Source: Thalia democratica (Eukaryota). From it: a stretch of DNA of 64,000 bases. Shown here one piece after another: positions 25,704-38,409 of this stretch (positions within the stretch are counted from its first letter, which is position 1; each line of letters starts with the position of its first letter). Location: NCBI GenBank assembly GCA_965202585.1, contig OZ241834.1:11594001-11658000 (forward strand), in the 5' to 3' direction. The translations under genes and the position numbers were made by a program. Below the pieces are notes generated by a model. The model ran no database searches and was not told the DNA's origin. It was given only the letters and a program-made list of their open reading frames with translations.

Positions 25704-25800
25704 GGTGTACAACTCGATAACCGAAAGGTTCCTTTGTACACCAGGACCTTAGACCAAACTTTTTGAGCCCTTTTTTTATTTTTCAATAAACAATTTATAC
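25704..25800 (+). repeat. Dispersed repeat family with a 5' ATAACCGAAAGGTT hairpin (copy A)
   Basis: Related copies occur at about 43364-43450, 52786-52860 (degenerate) and 58300-58351 (5'-truncated). Confidence 0.75.
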
Positions 25801-26010
25801 AAATTCAAATCAATCTTCATTATTCTCTTTAAAAGTATAAACTGTTACATATTTGTTTGAATTATCGTTTGTAAGTTCATAACTTATTCTTTGGTTCGTT
25901 TAGTTTAAAATTATTTTAATTTAATATAGTACAACTTATTTTTTAAATATATTAATGTTGTATTACTAGTTTAAGGTTGTTTTTTATTTCATTCCAAACA
26001 AATAAAAATA

Positions 26011-27064
26011 CGAGCGTGAACTTGGCTTGAATGGCTTTTTTTGTAATTTTTTTTTAACCAAACTTTAAAACCTATCATTTTCAATTTCTTTAATGCTAAC
26101 TTGGAACTTTTTTCTTATTCTAAAGAACGTTCTTTTGCTTAGCTTTTCACAATAACTTTCATCGAATTGGGGTTCTACTTTCGTAGTGGGTCCCATTTAA
26201 AAATTTAATGTTTTTTTTTTGCATTTTTTCACTTTGTAACGTTTTTATCTAAAACTATATTATTTTTTCAATTTTTTTTTAATAACATACGCTTAAATAA
26301 ATTTTTCACAAAAGTTCCAAACTTGCACAGTTTTATTTTTTTTACATGGTTTTATAGAAAAAGTATATTATTTTTCTAATAAGTTTTGTTTTAAAAGACT
26401 TATATAATTAAGTTTTATAACGTTATTATATTTTTTCCAAACTTATTAACATTTTTCAAATATATGACCCATTAAGTTTTACCAAAATTCTTAGCATTTG
26501 ATCAAGAAATCCCTCAAATTACGTAAACAAAAATTTATATAAAACTTGTATGGATCATGTATTTAAAAAAATAATAAGTAGGGAAAAATATAATAACGTT
26601 ATAAAACTTAATTATATAAGTCTGTTAAAAATAAAACTTTTTAGTTAAAAAATAATTTATTTTTGCTTTTAAACCATGTAAAAAAAATCTAAAACCGTGC
26701 AAATTTAGAACTTTTCTGAAAAATTTATTTAAGCATATGTTTAAAAATAAAAACTTGAAAAAAAAAAAAGTTAAAAAACTTAATTTTATAAGTATGTTAA
26801 TAATAAAAAAAAAAATTGGAGAAAAACGTTTAAAGATGAAAAAATGCAAAAAAAACATTAAATTTTTTAATGGGCCCCACTACGAAAGTAAAACCCCGAT
26901 TCGATAAAATTATTGTGAAAAGCTAAGCAAAAGAACGTTCTTTAGAATAAGAAAAAGTTTCAAGTTAGCATTAAAGAAATTAAAAATAATAGGTTTTTAA
27001 GTTCGGTTAATAAAATTAAAAATTAGGTATACGAAAAACGCTATTCGAGCCAAAGAAACGCTCG
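26011..27064. mobile_element. 1.05-kb Tc1/mariner-like foldback MITE with a TA target duplication
   Basis: Ends are TA|CGAGCG...CGCTCG|TA. Arms of about 430-480 bp are mutually inverted (for example CTACTTTCGTAGTGGG vs CCCACTACGAAAGTA) around a spacer of about 140 bp. Confidence 0.85.
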
Positions 27065-28103
27065 TAACAAAAATTGCATTTTGAACACAGCGTTTTACGA
27101 CTTAAAACTGCGCACCATACCGGCAGTTCGTACTTAGTTGGCAGGTTATTGTATTTGAAAAAAAGCTTATAACGACAAATTCTTAAAGATAAAGGTTTTT
27201 AACTAGTTTATCAGACATAATGTAAATAGTATTTTTTGAAGTTTGTTAAAGAAATAAATAAAATCAACTTTACTTTAAAAAGCTGTTTAAGTTTTGATTT
27301 AATTGTAGAAAAAATTTTTTAAGTGAGGTTTATGTTACTTAAGATTTAAAAAGATAATTTAACATTTATACTCATATGAATAGATAAGATTAAACACATT
27401 TATTAACACGTTATTAAAAGATAATGACTTATACATACTTCACAAAAGAAAAAATAAATATTTTTTTTTTGTAAAATAAAAAGGTTCTACCAAGTTTATA
27501 AACAAAGCTTAAGGTAAAAGTTCAAATTATAACGATTTGTTATTAAAAAAAAATCTGTTTAATAAAATTGAAACTTTACGAAAGTTCTAGGTTTTTTTCA
27601 AAACTTTTTAAACTGCAGGTTTTTCAAGGTTTTTTAGGTTGAAATGTCTAATTCCAGGTTTTTCCATTTTCCAAGTTTTTAGGTAACCCTGATAAAATGT
27701 ATTTGTGTACTATGATCTCGTATGATCTATTTAGGAATAAATTTGAGTTCCTTTTCTGTGTTTACAAAACTAAATTAACTGGTATCATGAGAATCTATAC
27801 TAATATAATTTTTCAAATTTTTTACTTTGAATTAGTAAGAAACGCTAAACTAGAAAACATAAATGAAGTTTTTGAAACATGTTGATTTATTTTAAGCATT
27901 CATCACTGAAAGCAAATATTTTAAATTTGAAACATCAACATAAAATTTTACTAATTGGTATTTTTTGACATCAGTCTGTTTTATTCACTGTACCAAACAA
28001 ATCTTTACTGCATCCCACTAAACAAGTCATTACAAATTTCTTAACCTCTTGTTTTGTGCATTGATATACTTAACATCTAGCTAATTTAACACACGACGTT
28101 CGA

Positions 28104-31100
28104 TTAAAACACGTCTAATAGAGGGAAATGAGCGAGTTTGGGAGTGGTGATGTCGGAGAGGTAGCAAGCAGTTCCTGCCCATCCTTCGAACAAGCTCAGC
28201 GGACAATCCGGAGTTCGAGATTCGGCTCGGAACTTTTGCGTGAACATGAACTCGGCGAATCTTCAAGATGAAAAAAACACGGTTATTTTCAAGTCTCTGA
28301 ACTTTGTGGGTTCTATCAGTTCTAAAAGACGTTCTTACCATAGTTTGCTATTTTATGAAACTTTGTTATCAGTAAGACTAAAACTTATATATAACATTGT
28401 CTTTTTCCAAACATACAAAAAGTTACTTATCCAACAACTCAATAAAATCAAACTTGTAAGCTCGATTGAGGTACTTGTGTTCCCCGGTGAGCCTGTACAT
28501 GAGCAGGTGAACGTAACCGCTTCCGGCAACACCGTGACAGATGCCAGGTCCCATTTTCAGCAGTCCCCTCCGCCACACTCCTTCCGACATTTGCCTGCAA
28601 ACTTGCACGTACTTGCGCTTGTTAAGCGAGAGGTGGGCACGAGCGTACATGTAGATTGCACCTTTAGAGAATTAGAAATTTTGATTTGCTTATAACTTGT
28701 TTCAAAAGCGTTAAGCGATTAATAGTTAATGGTAGTAATTAAATGATTGTTATAAATATCAAATATTTTTAAAGCACTTCGATCATTCGTTTTAGTCATT
28801 TTATAAGCTCTAAACTACGTTTTTTAATATTATGTCAGTAATTAGTTTCAATTGAAATGCATTTTCATACTTTTATAAGAAAAACATTACTTTTTTATAT
28901 AAGGAACTTAATCTTAAAACTACATTTTTAATTATTTTTAAAGACAGTAGTTTAAAAAGTATACAAGCACTAAACCAAAGTGGTTAAAGAATTTCTAATT
29001 TTTATTCTTATAAAAACCTGGTGAGCCGTGACACCAGTGGTAAAGCATTTTGCCGTTTTTGTTCAAAGCTCCTTCTAAATTAGTTGCAATGTTACTGTCG
29101 TGTATGCAATATCTACTGATAAAATCAATTGTCTTCACAATTTGTTCGATGTTCGCCTCATCAGCTTGTACGAACCGATCAACACTCAAAAGCGCCTGCA
29201 AGATTCCGCATATTCCGTGGCCTGCGCCTGTTTAATGTTGTATAAGTTTATCGTTTATTTTTACTATGAGTAGTAAAAGTACAGTATAAAAAAATTCTAC
29301 ACATTTTACAACATATTCTAAAAAAAATATATTCACACATCTTTAACAAACTGTAAAATTACTTGATCTAATTCGATAGTAACTTTATGTTAAAACAGTT
29401 CTGATCAATACAATAACAGTAGCAGTCGTAAGTACTTTTAGGTTATAATGAAACAATTTTTTAAATGTCAACTAGAAATCTCAAAACATTAATTTCTACA
29501 ACAAAACAGATTACAACATGCAAGCTACCAAGATACAAGGTTCCATGGTAAGCATACATTACTGGAACATCAAAATCAGAACTCAGGTTCAGTTGGGAGC
29601 GAAGTTGCCTTCCAGACTCCATTGTAACTTGACAGAGTTCCACCAGTTTTTGTGGGCTGACCACATTTTCACCCAGCTCTTTGTTCAGTAATATCGCTCC
29701 CATTATGTAACCGGCTCTATGGGTTTTTATGTAAAAATTTTAAGGTTTGAAAAAAAATACTCAAGTTATCTCGTATCATAAATCTTAGTTTTGGAATGAA
29801 AAGTAATAAATTAATAAAAAGTTCTAAACAGAATTTAAAAATATATAGATAAAAAACCTTCCTACAAAAAGTTCATCAGACCCATTTGGTAAGAATGAAA
29901 CTGACTTACAGTGTTCACCGAGACTTTTATAAACTTCTACCAATCTTCTACTTTCCTAAAAACATTATTTATAAATACAAAAAATAAGTTTAAAAACATA
30001 TATTTCAACGCCACATGACTATCCATTTCCTAAATTAAAATAGATAAGTTAAGAAAAACTTGTTGGTTTAAATCAATTTATAATAAATATTTGATGTTGA
30101 AAACTAATTAATAGTTATTAAAGCTTCCAACTATTTAAGCAAAAAAGCTGTTTATATTCACCAGACATTTGCCTGAGTCAGACTGAGTTAGTATACAACT
30201 GGAAAATATAAGCTACAAACTTATTGTAGCAGCAAATATTAACCTATAAAATTAAAAAAATTAACCTTAAATACTATAAAATTAAGAAAAACTTAAATAT
30301 AAAACTAGAATTAAATAAAAAACACAACATAACATTCTATACAAATTGCCTCAACGTCAATAAAGCTTTAATAACATTTTCCTTAGCTTTTAAATTAAAA
30401 CACACCTCTTCTTCTCCTAAATGTTTGTGAATGATGGCTGAGATAGCAATGATTCCTCCTTTACCAGTCAGAAAAGCAACTTTTCGTCTTTCGCTGTTAA
30501 TATATTGTGGTGTATATAATATAAGTAGAAAATATATGCTATACATTTTAATAAGTTTATGTAATAAAAATTATAACTGTACTACTGATACTTAAAAAAC
30601 TAATTAAAAATAATAAAAAGCAAACGTTGCAGATTAATAACCCATGTATTTGAAAACAAATTTTGCAACATTTTTGTAGTTTATATATTATTAACTAATT
30701 AGCCTTAACACTACTCTTCATAAATTTTTATATTTGTTTTACTATGTTTATTAAATAAACTTTCACATTTTGAAATAAACTATAATAATATAGGCTAAAG
30801 AGTTAATATTATTAGTCAAAAAAGTCCTATTATTTCTCGTAAATGTATATTATAAACCTTTACGACAAGTGAACTAAATGCAATATTCAAAACTAATTTA
30901 AGATTCAGACTATGTTCACAGAAGTGAAGGCTAACCAGTGTACATAGTAGTCAAATTTATTATTTTTGTGACTGTTAATATAATTTTTAATATATTGTTT
31001 ATGTTGGACTCAGGCATCAAAACCTGAGCCATTTAAACAGGACACACAATGAGAAAAATAAAATGCATTTATACTCAACAAAAAATAAACATAAACAAAC

Positions 31101-34100
31101 ATTAAACAAAGGTAAATTATAAAAAACTCTTTAATAAGTTAAAACTTATTTGCTTGATATAAAATACGATAACTTAGTACATTCAAACACATTTGTACAA
31201 AATTAAATAAAGTAAATTAATAGTTAGGGGGGTAGGGAAATAAAAGTAATTAATATTACAAATATAAAAATGAAGAAATCTCGTTAATTTAGATGGGATA
31301 AATACTATAAAAATTTTATGTATTTTTTCTGTATTATTTTTGTGGAAAGTTACTGAATCCTACTAATATATATACTACTTATACTAAATCTTTTTAGTTA
31401 TAAGCAAAAATGTTCCACCGTCTCACATGATACAACATCCTGTGATAACTTGTTCCACATAGTTTTTGCTCTGTTAAAAAATGAACCTTGCCACTGACTG
31501 TTGTTAAAATCGTGTTTAAATATTATTTTTCTATTATTTCATCTTAACTGATAATTATTAAGGGAAAAACTGAAAAATTGACTGAAAAAAATCTTGTAAT
31601 TGCCATTAATAATGTTTAAAAGCGTAAATAAATCAAATTACAATATTCTATATTCCATAGATTTCAATCCAAGTTTAGCCAATCTATCATTATACGATCT
31701 ATTAGATATGTTACAATGACTACATTAAAACGGATAAAAATTCTTTGCACAGACTCTAATTTGTTAACTTCTTTTTAAATAGGGTGACCAAATTTGTGTA
31801 TTGTATTGAAGCTTAGGACAAACGTATATTTTAAAAACTTTTTAATATTTAATAAGACAAAATTTGTGCAAAATTATTTAAACAATTTATGTGTTCGTTC
31901 CATTTTAAATTTTCAGAGATATATATTTCTAAATCATTAAAGTTTTAAACTATTGGTATTTTAGTGCTATTGATCAAAAGCTCAATCGGGTCAGACGGTT
32001 TGTTTTTCTTAATTGTTACAATTTTAAATTTTTTAGGCTTCAAATCGAGTTTTTTGTTTCTAGCCATTTGTAGATATTATCTAGAGTAGATTGTAAAGAG
32101 ATATTTGACTCACAAAAAACTTTTGTATCATCTGCAAATAAACTCATATCACTTTTAATATCAATTTTAGAACTAATATCAATAACGTAAATTTAATATA
32201 TTTATTTTGCAAGACTAAAACTAAAACAGACTCACTTAAAACTGGTTATATACTGGATCAAGGACCCTAATTACATAATCATAAAACTAAGTATCAATAT
32301 ACAGATCAACTTATTTAAATATTAATAGTAATTTTTTCATTAAAACAAAACGTAAACATTAGAAACGAAGAAACTAAATTTATAAAAAAAAAATTCCACG
32401 GAAAGACATATAAACTATAAGTTATAAATAAATTTATAGTATCATTTCTTTAAAAAATTGTAACTGACATTTATTGGAAAACTAAAGTTATTTGTAAAAA
32501 AGTTCTCCTTGCTGTATAAGTTTAAAAAATTATCATAAAAACACTAAGGTAAATATAAAATTTTATCTTTATTAGCATATATTTACCTTAACTAGATCAA
32601 TAAAAGCAAGTTGTTTTTTTAATGCATAGTAATTTAAATTCTATCTTTTCATGACAAATCAATACTTTTGTTTCTTATATAGTGCGTTCAATTTTAATTG
32701 AAATTTCTAAGTAAATTATTTCTTGTATAGTTTCACAATATTCTATGATAGGATTGGAAAACTTCTCTCGATGAACGAGATTGATGGTTACTGTTACAAC
32801 TATTAACTGGAATATAATAAAAGGTTAAAGATTGGCAGCGTACAATATGCAAGCCGGACATGGCCCACCAAGCAGAAACCTCTGTTATGTGACTTATTTA
32901 TTTTACTTGAAAACATCAAGTGTAAAACTAATAACATAGATTTTTTAATAATATCTGTGCTTTTTTAATGTGATGGTATTATATTTCTGTTCACAGTGTA
33001 GTACTTAAAAATTATTATTTAAACAAAGCTTGGGTTTAAAGACATTAAAAAAACTATTGTACAACTCTTAAACATTACACAGCCAACTTAAGTTTATCTT
33101 CTAATATGTCAGGCCATCAAAAGGATTTTCTGGTAAATCAACCTTATCGACCAGAAGTTTCCTACCCAAATTATAAGTTATAAAAAAAAAGTTAAGTCAA
33201 ACTATTATTAAGAGCTTTGAAAATGTTAAATTGACTGGATTGGTTGTATCTTGATTTGAAAAAGGCCCAGATTCAACTAGATCACAATAAAAAAAAATTT
33301 AAAAAAAAATTAAAAATCAGATCCAAATGGATCCTAATTTTTAGATGCAGTAGATCACCACTTAAACTAGCACTGAGATTAGTTAATAATTAAAAAATGT
33401 ACACAATTTTAAAACTCATTGAAAATTTGTATAAAAAAACATGGTAAAAGACTTAAAAATATGGCAGATATTTTTAAACATTAAAAAAGTAATGAACATA
33501 CATTTTAGATACACTTTGGAATAAAAATAGATTTTTAACATTATTTTGGAACAAGAGTCCGTAAGCTTTTAAGTAAATTTCAAAACTTATTTAAAAAAGT
33601 ATATACAAAATATGTTAAATTTTTTTTCAGGTAGTCTTGGTATAGGAAAGTTACAGTTATAAATTTACAAGCAAAGTTATAACTAAACTATCATTCATTA
33701 AGTACTAATTAGTATTCGACTACTAGATTCAAACGCTGGAAACTGCAAATCTGTCCATAACTTGCCAAGATCTGGATCTAATCAAAACTTTATTTGAAGT
33801 AACATTAGAATTAAAGTTACTGATCCAGCAAAGATTTGCTGGAATTAGAACTTTGATTTAAATTTATGTCCAATCAGACCAGGTGAGACAATTTTTTCAA
33901 ATTAAGATTCAACCTGAACTGAAAAAAAAAAATTGCAAATAAAACTTGGGTTCGATCTAGATCTTGGCAAATTATTACCAGGTCTAGCAGTATCTGTTGT
34001 TTAAACCCATTAGAAAACTAGTATTAATGTTTAAATAAAGCACATTTATTTATAATATTATAATAAGCTCAGTCTTTTTTTGCATTGTACACATGTTTTT

Positions 34101-36537
34101 TAAAATGGGCTGGAACTTTATTTATTGTTTATTACATAAAGGTACAGTACTAGTTGGTATCCTTTTTTAAGCCGCAATTTATAGAATAAAAAAGTCTTTC
34201 ATGAGCTCTTTTTTTAAACATTTACATACTTATATACATAGAAATAATATTTGAATGTTTTAAAAAGGGTAAAAATTTAATCCTGTATGCAAAATTTCAT
34301 ACATGTTTTTGTTAATTAGAGCTTTAAAAACAAACATTAACATTATAATCAAACTAATTTTGTTAAAAGTACTTTTCAGTTGTCTACTGTGTAGTACATT
34401 AAAAAAAGATTTTTTTAAATCTTATGCGCATACCTTATAACACTACCTTTATTTAAAAAATGTAAGCTATTTAGAACAATACCTTGTAGTATTTTGTTGC
34501 AGAAACAACATAACTTTTAGCTTTTTCTAGAAAACTTCTTTGTTCCTCCACAAAAATTAGATTTTTTGAAATGTGGTACAGCATGTATGCAATTCCACCA
34601 GTACCGACATACAAACCTAAAATAAAAAAATTAATTAAATACTTTTCATCAAGCATTAGGAAATTACAATAACTATAATTATTTGTTAAACAAAATTTTG
34701 AAGTCTGCTGTATTAAATGTTAAAATGTTTTTAAGATAAAAAAATATTGTACTTAACATATATAGTTTGTTGTTATTTTGAAGTTTTAATTTTTTTAACT
34801 TGTTATAAACTTGTTATAACTTGTTAAACTTGTTATAAATTACAAAAGTAGTTTACTGATTTTTTCTAATTTAAGTTAAATATTTACCAAGTAACTTAAT
34901 TATTTACTAAGCAAAAATTTGTATGGATTTTCATACATTATTCAACATCTCCATTAGATTTTACCTAGCTTGTCAAACAATAAAAACTCATTTTGATAAA
35001 CTATGAACTAAATACAGTCAGCAGCTAACTGTATACAAAACATGTAATTTTATGCAAATAAAATTCTAAAAACTTCAAAAATAAATAATAGGTTTTGTAC
35101 CTACCAAAAAACTTGTTGTAGTCAGGAAAAATTGACCACTACAAGTTTTTTAGTTAGAATTGAATGATTAGTTTCAATATTAGCAAAACCTAAGTCTTAG
35201 TCTGGAGCAGGGCAACTTAATTAAGTAGGGGACAAAAAAGCGGGATTTTGAGCAATAAAGTAATATCTAGTAAAATGCAACAATTAACTTATTATGCTAA
35301 ATATTCTAGGATTAAATTACCATAGCAAAATAAATTAAATTAACTTGAGAAATCTCAGTCTAGAACTTGTGTTCTGATGATCAAACTGGTAAGACTTTAA
35401 CATTATGAACAGTCACAGTTAGCATTAACTAAATTTCACAGTAATGTAGTTTTATGGAGTTTTAAACTGAATGTTAATATCTCAACAAGAATGTTTTTTT
35501 TTACAAAAAGTCCTTGGGGGTACAATATTTTCTTACAGTATTTGTTAACATTGGCTCCCATTTGAAACATTATGTAAACAATATAAGATACTTGTAATAG
35601 AACAAAAAAGTATTTTCTGAGAGATAATCAGTTTTGTAAAAAGTTTCTGATACAAACTACTCATTTTTAGCCTAATTTCTAATAAGTTTCAAATTTTTAT
35701 AAAATACTATGTCCTGCTACATTTTTAAAGCAGTTTAATTTAAAATTTAAGAAAAATTTACTATGAAATTTTAGAAAGCACATATAAAAAAAAATAACAC
35801 AAGTTAAAAAAAAAACACTTAATAAAACATTTTTAGTTATAATCTTGATAATCTGTTTTTTAAAGCTTTTTTATAGTATATAAAATATTAGACTGAGAAA
35901 GTTCGAAAATAATTGCTTGAAACTGTAGGAGATTAATTCTTAGCGAAATAGTCTTCTGTTTTCATGTTTTTAGTTGTTTCCTTCCATATAAAGTTTATTA
36001 AACACTTCGTCATTGACTTATTACATCTCAAAAGATTTTTGAAATTTTCAAAATTAGTAGTAATCAACTGGTAGCTTAGTTTTTTATATAAAAAATAAGA
36101 CAACTTTTAAAAAGTGTTTTACCCCCTATTACTTCAATGCAGTAATACATCACTAGTTATATAAAATTTTAAAAACTTTATAATAATTTTTCTGTACTAT
36201 TTTTCTAAATAGTTGCTGTATGTTTATCATTTTAAAGAAGTTAAAACAATATTATTTGGATAAAAGTACTTTATTACATATACTTTTTTCTTTTTTACTT
36301 ATTTTTTTCACTCAGGTTTGAGTACAAAAACAGAAGCAAGTAAAATTTACTCGATAAACATGTTACAAAGTCAACCAACTTACTTCCATCACTGTGCCTA
36401 CTTGGTTTGAACTCTTTCAAAATGTGATTGACTATTTCTTTTATTTTAGAAACCAGTTCGTCTTTTTCAATTTCAACCTTGTTTGGATTATCATCATAGT
36501 TATTATCAAAATAACGAGAACTACTTCTTTGACTCAT
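28104..36537 (-). CDS. LANCL3: LanC-like protein 3 homolog (eukaryotic LanCL, Zn-binding alpha/alpha-toroid)
   Basis: Exons: 36537-36384, 34616-34483, [one unlocated 3n+2-nt exon], 30493-30406, 29955-29858, 29716-29529, 29227-29018, 28661-28454, 28260-28104. All are GT-AG and phase-consistent except at that gap. Motifs: SLYVGTGGIAYMLYH, DELFVGRAGY, YLGAGHG, HWCHG, GPGICHGVAGSGY, SLFEGWAGT...HFPL. Confidence 0.93.
33757..33975. repeat. Degenerate short inverted-repeat element in a LanCL3 intron
   Basis: ATAACTTGCCAAGATCTGGATC is inverted at the other end as GATCTAGATCTTGGCAAATTAT. Confidence 0.6.
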
Positions 36538-37369
36538 TTTTAACTGGATACTATATTCAAAACTTAAACCTTTCAACGATGTATAAAAATATTATTTAAA
36601 ATTGAAAATACTAATGATTGTTAAAAAGTATTGTTACTCATATTTTTTACAAAGTTAGTAAAAATTGGCCTTCTAACCAAAAACATAACTTACTATCTCA
36701 CTTATGATGATTTTACAAGCAGTTTTATAAGTACGTATGCTTATCTTTTAAATTGCTATCAGGTCCAAAAAGTATAAATTATTGAAAAGGTATTTTATAG
36801 CAGATAAAAATAGTTGCAATACTTGAGACTTTTCAAAATTAATTAATTTAAAAAGAACTTATAGAACTAATAACTTGACTAAAGAACATTTTAAATATTA
36901 TTATTTTGTAAAAAATCATAAGCTTCTTAAAATATTTCTTTCTAAGATACTAAAAGTGAATAAAACTATTTGAAGCTTTTTATTAGTCTTTTTTAATGGA
37001 TATATTTTAATTAACTAAGTACCTACACCTTAGTTTATGATACATATCTATGTTAAGGAAGCTTCAATTTTATAAAAAGAATTATAAAACTAAGAATTTA
37101 TGACAAATGTTAGTTTAAGCAACACAAATGTTTTCAAAAAATGTTTTTGTAGTTGTTTAAATTATAGCTTATAATGTTATAGTTTATACAATGGCTTTGT
37201 TTCATTATCTTATTCTTGAAAACTGTATGTTAAAAAAAAGTACAGTTCTGTATTTTTAGCACTTTTTTCAAATTTCTTATATTTTCAACAAAATAAATAA
37301 ATATTAAAAAAAACATTAAAAATAGTTACATTGTTCTGCTGATTGTTGGATTTGAGCGAGGCCTTACAT

Positions 37370-37571
37370 CAGGGTTTCCAAAAATGGGCCAGTAGCTCAT
37401 AAGGTCATAGTTTGAAACTTACACTAGATATTCTGGAGTTGGTGATGAAAAGCTAAAAAAAAGTTTAAGGTGTTTATTACGGTAGTTTTTGAGTAATAGT
37501 GGTACAAGAGGGACATAGCATTTTTAATTTCTTCAAAGGGGGTCATTTGGAAATAAGTTTGGGAAACCCTG
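37370..37571. mobile_element. hAT-type MITE
   Basis: TIRs CAGGGTTTCCAAA...TTTGGGAAACCCTG. A related internal sequence occurs at about 17450-17555. No clear TSD. Confidence 0.7.
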
Positions 37572-38001
37572 ATCTTTAATATATTAGAGTTAATGGGAAA
37601 AGGCTTAAATTAATAGAATTAGACTAAACTGAAGAAAAACAGTTTCTTAATTTCAGTGAGTATGAATTAAATGGTGAGAGTATAGAAGTAGGACTGCCAC
37701 ATTTTTTAGTTTTTGGACCACTATTATTTTTGCTTTTTGTACAAATGATCTACAGACAACATCAGTTTTAAAGTATTAAAAATTGCAGATGTAAAATTGT
37801 TGTTCACTAGATTAAAATAAAATAACTAGAAAAAAGACAATGTATACCATAATTCTGAACAAGATAATTTTTTTAAATGGATAGCGGTTTACAGGCTTAA
37901 ACTAGTAATTAAATTAGCATGTTATCTCATTTAACAAAAAACTACCTTTAAAAAAAAAACAATATAGGTAATTCATACATAAAAAAAGTAAATAGTTATA
38001 A

Positions 38002-38409
38002 CAGGGTTGCCAAATGTTTTTGGAAAAATTTTCTGCAAGTTTTCAAAATTTCTTCCAGATTTTTAAAACTACATACTTTAGGGTCTATTTTTAGTATAAA
38101 TAAAAATGTATGGTGAAAAACTGTGTAAAATAGTATAACAACATTAAAACCATACCTTTAAGGTTTTTTTAATGTGTTTCTTTATAAATTTTTTTTTGAT
38201 GATGACAAAATACTATTAATAAAAAATATTTTTGAAGAAACCCAAATTTTACTACTTAACCTTTAGATTTTGTTTGTATATCCAAGTTTTTTAGTTATTT
38301 TTGTTTGAAATTCCAGGTTTTTTAGTGATTTTTGCTCAAAATTCCAAGTTTTTTCAAAATTTCTCAAATTCAAAATTTTTCAAGGATTCCAGGATGTTTG
38401 GCAATCCTG
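38002..38409. mobile_element. MITE with CAGGGTTGCCA termini
   Basis: CAGGGTTGCCAAA...TTTGGCAATCCTG, flanked by TTATAA on both sides. Related termini occur at 2034-2044, 17100-17110, 27680-27691 and 63415. Confidence 0.75.

Noticed and set aside
28081-28695. ORFs 28081-28341 (-) and 28240-28695 (+)
   Set aside because: They are alternate-frame or antisense shadows of the GC-rich LanCL3 exons.
28104-36537. Lanthipeptide biosynthetic cluster suggested by the LanC domain
   Set aside because: The gene is intron-containing and of the eukaryotic LanCL3 type. No precursor peptide, dehydratase or transporter is nearby.
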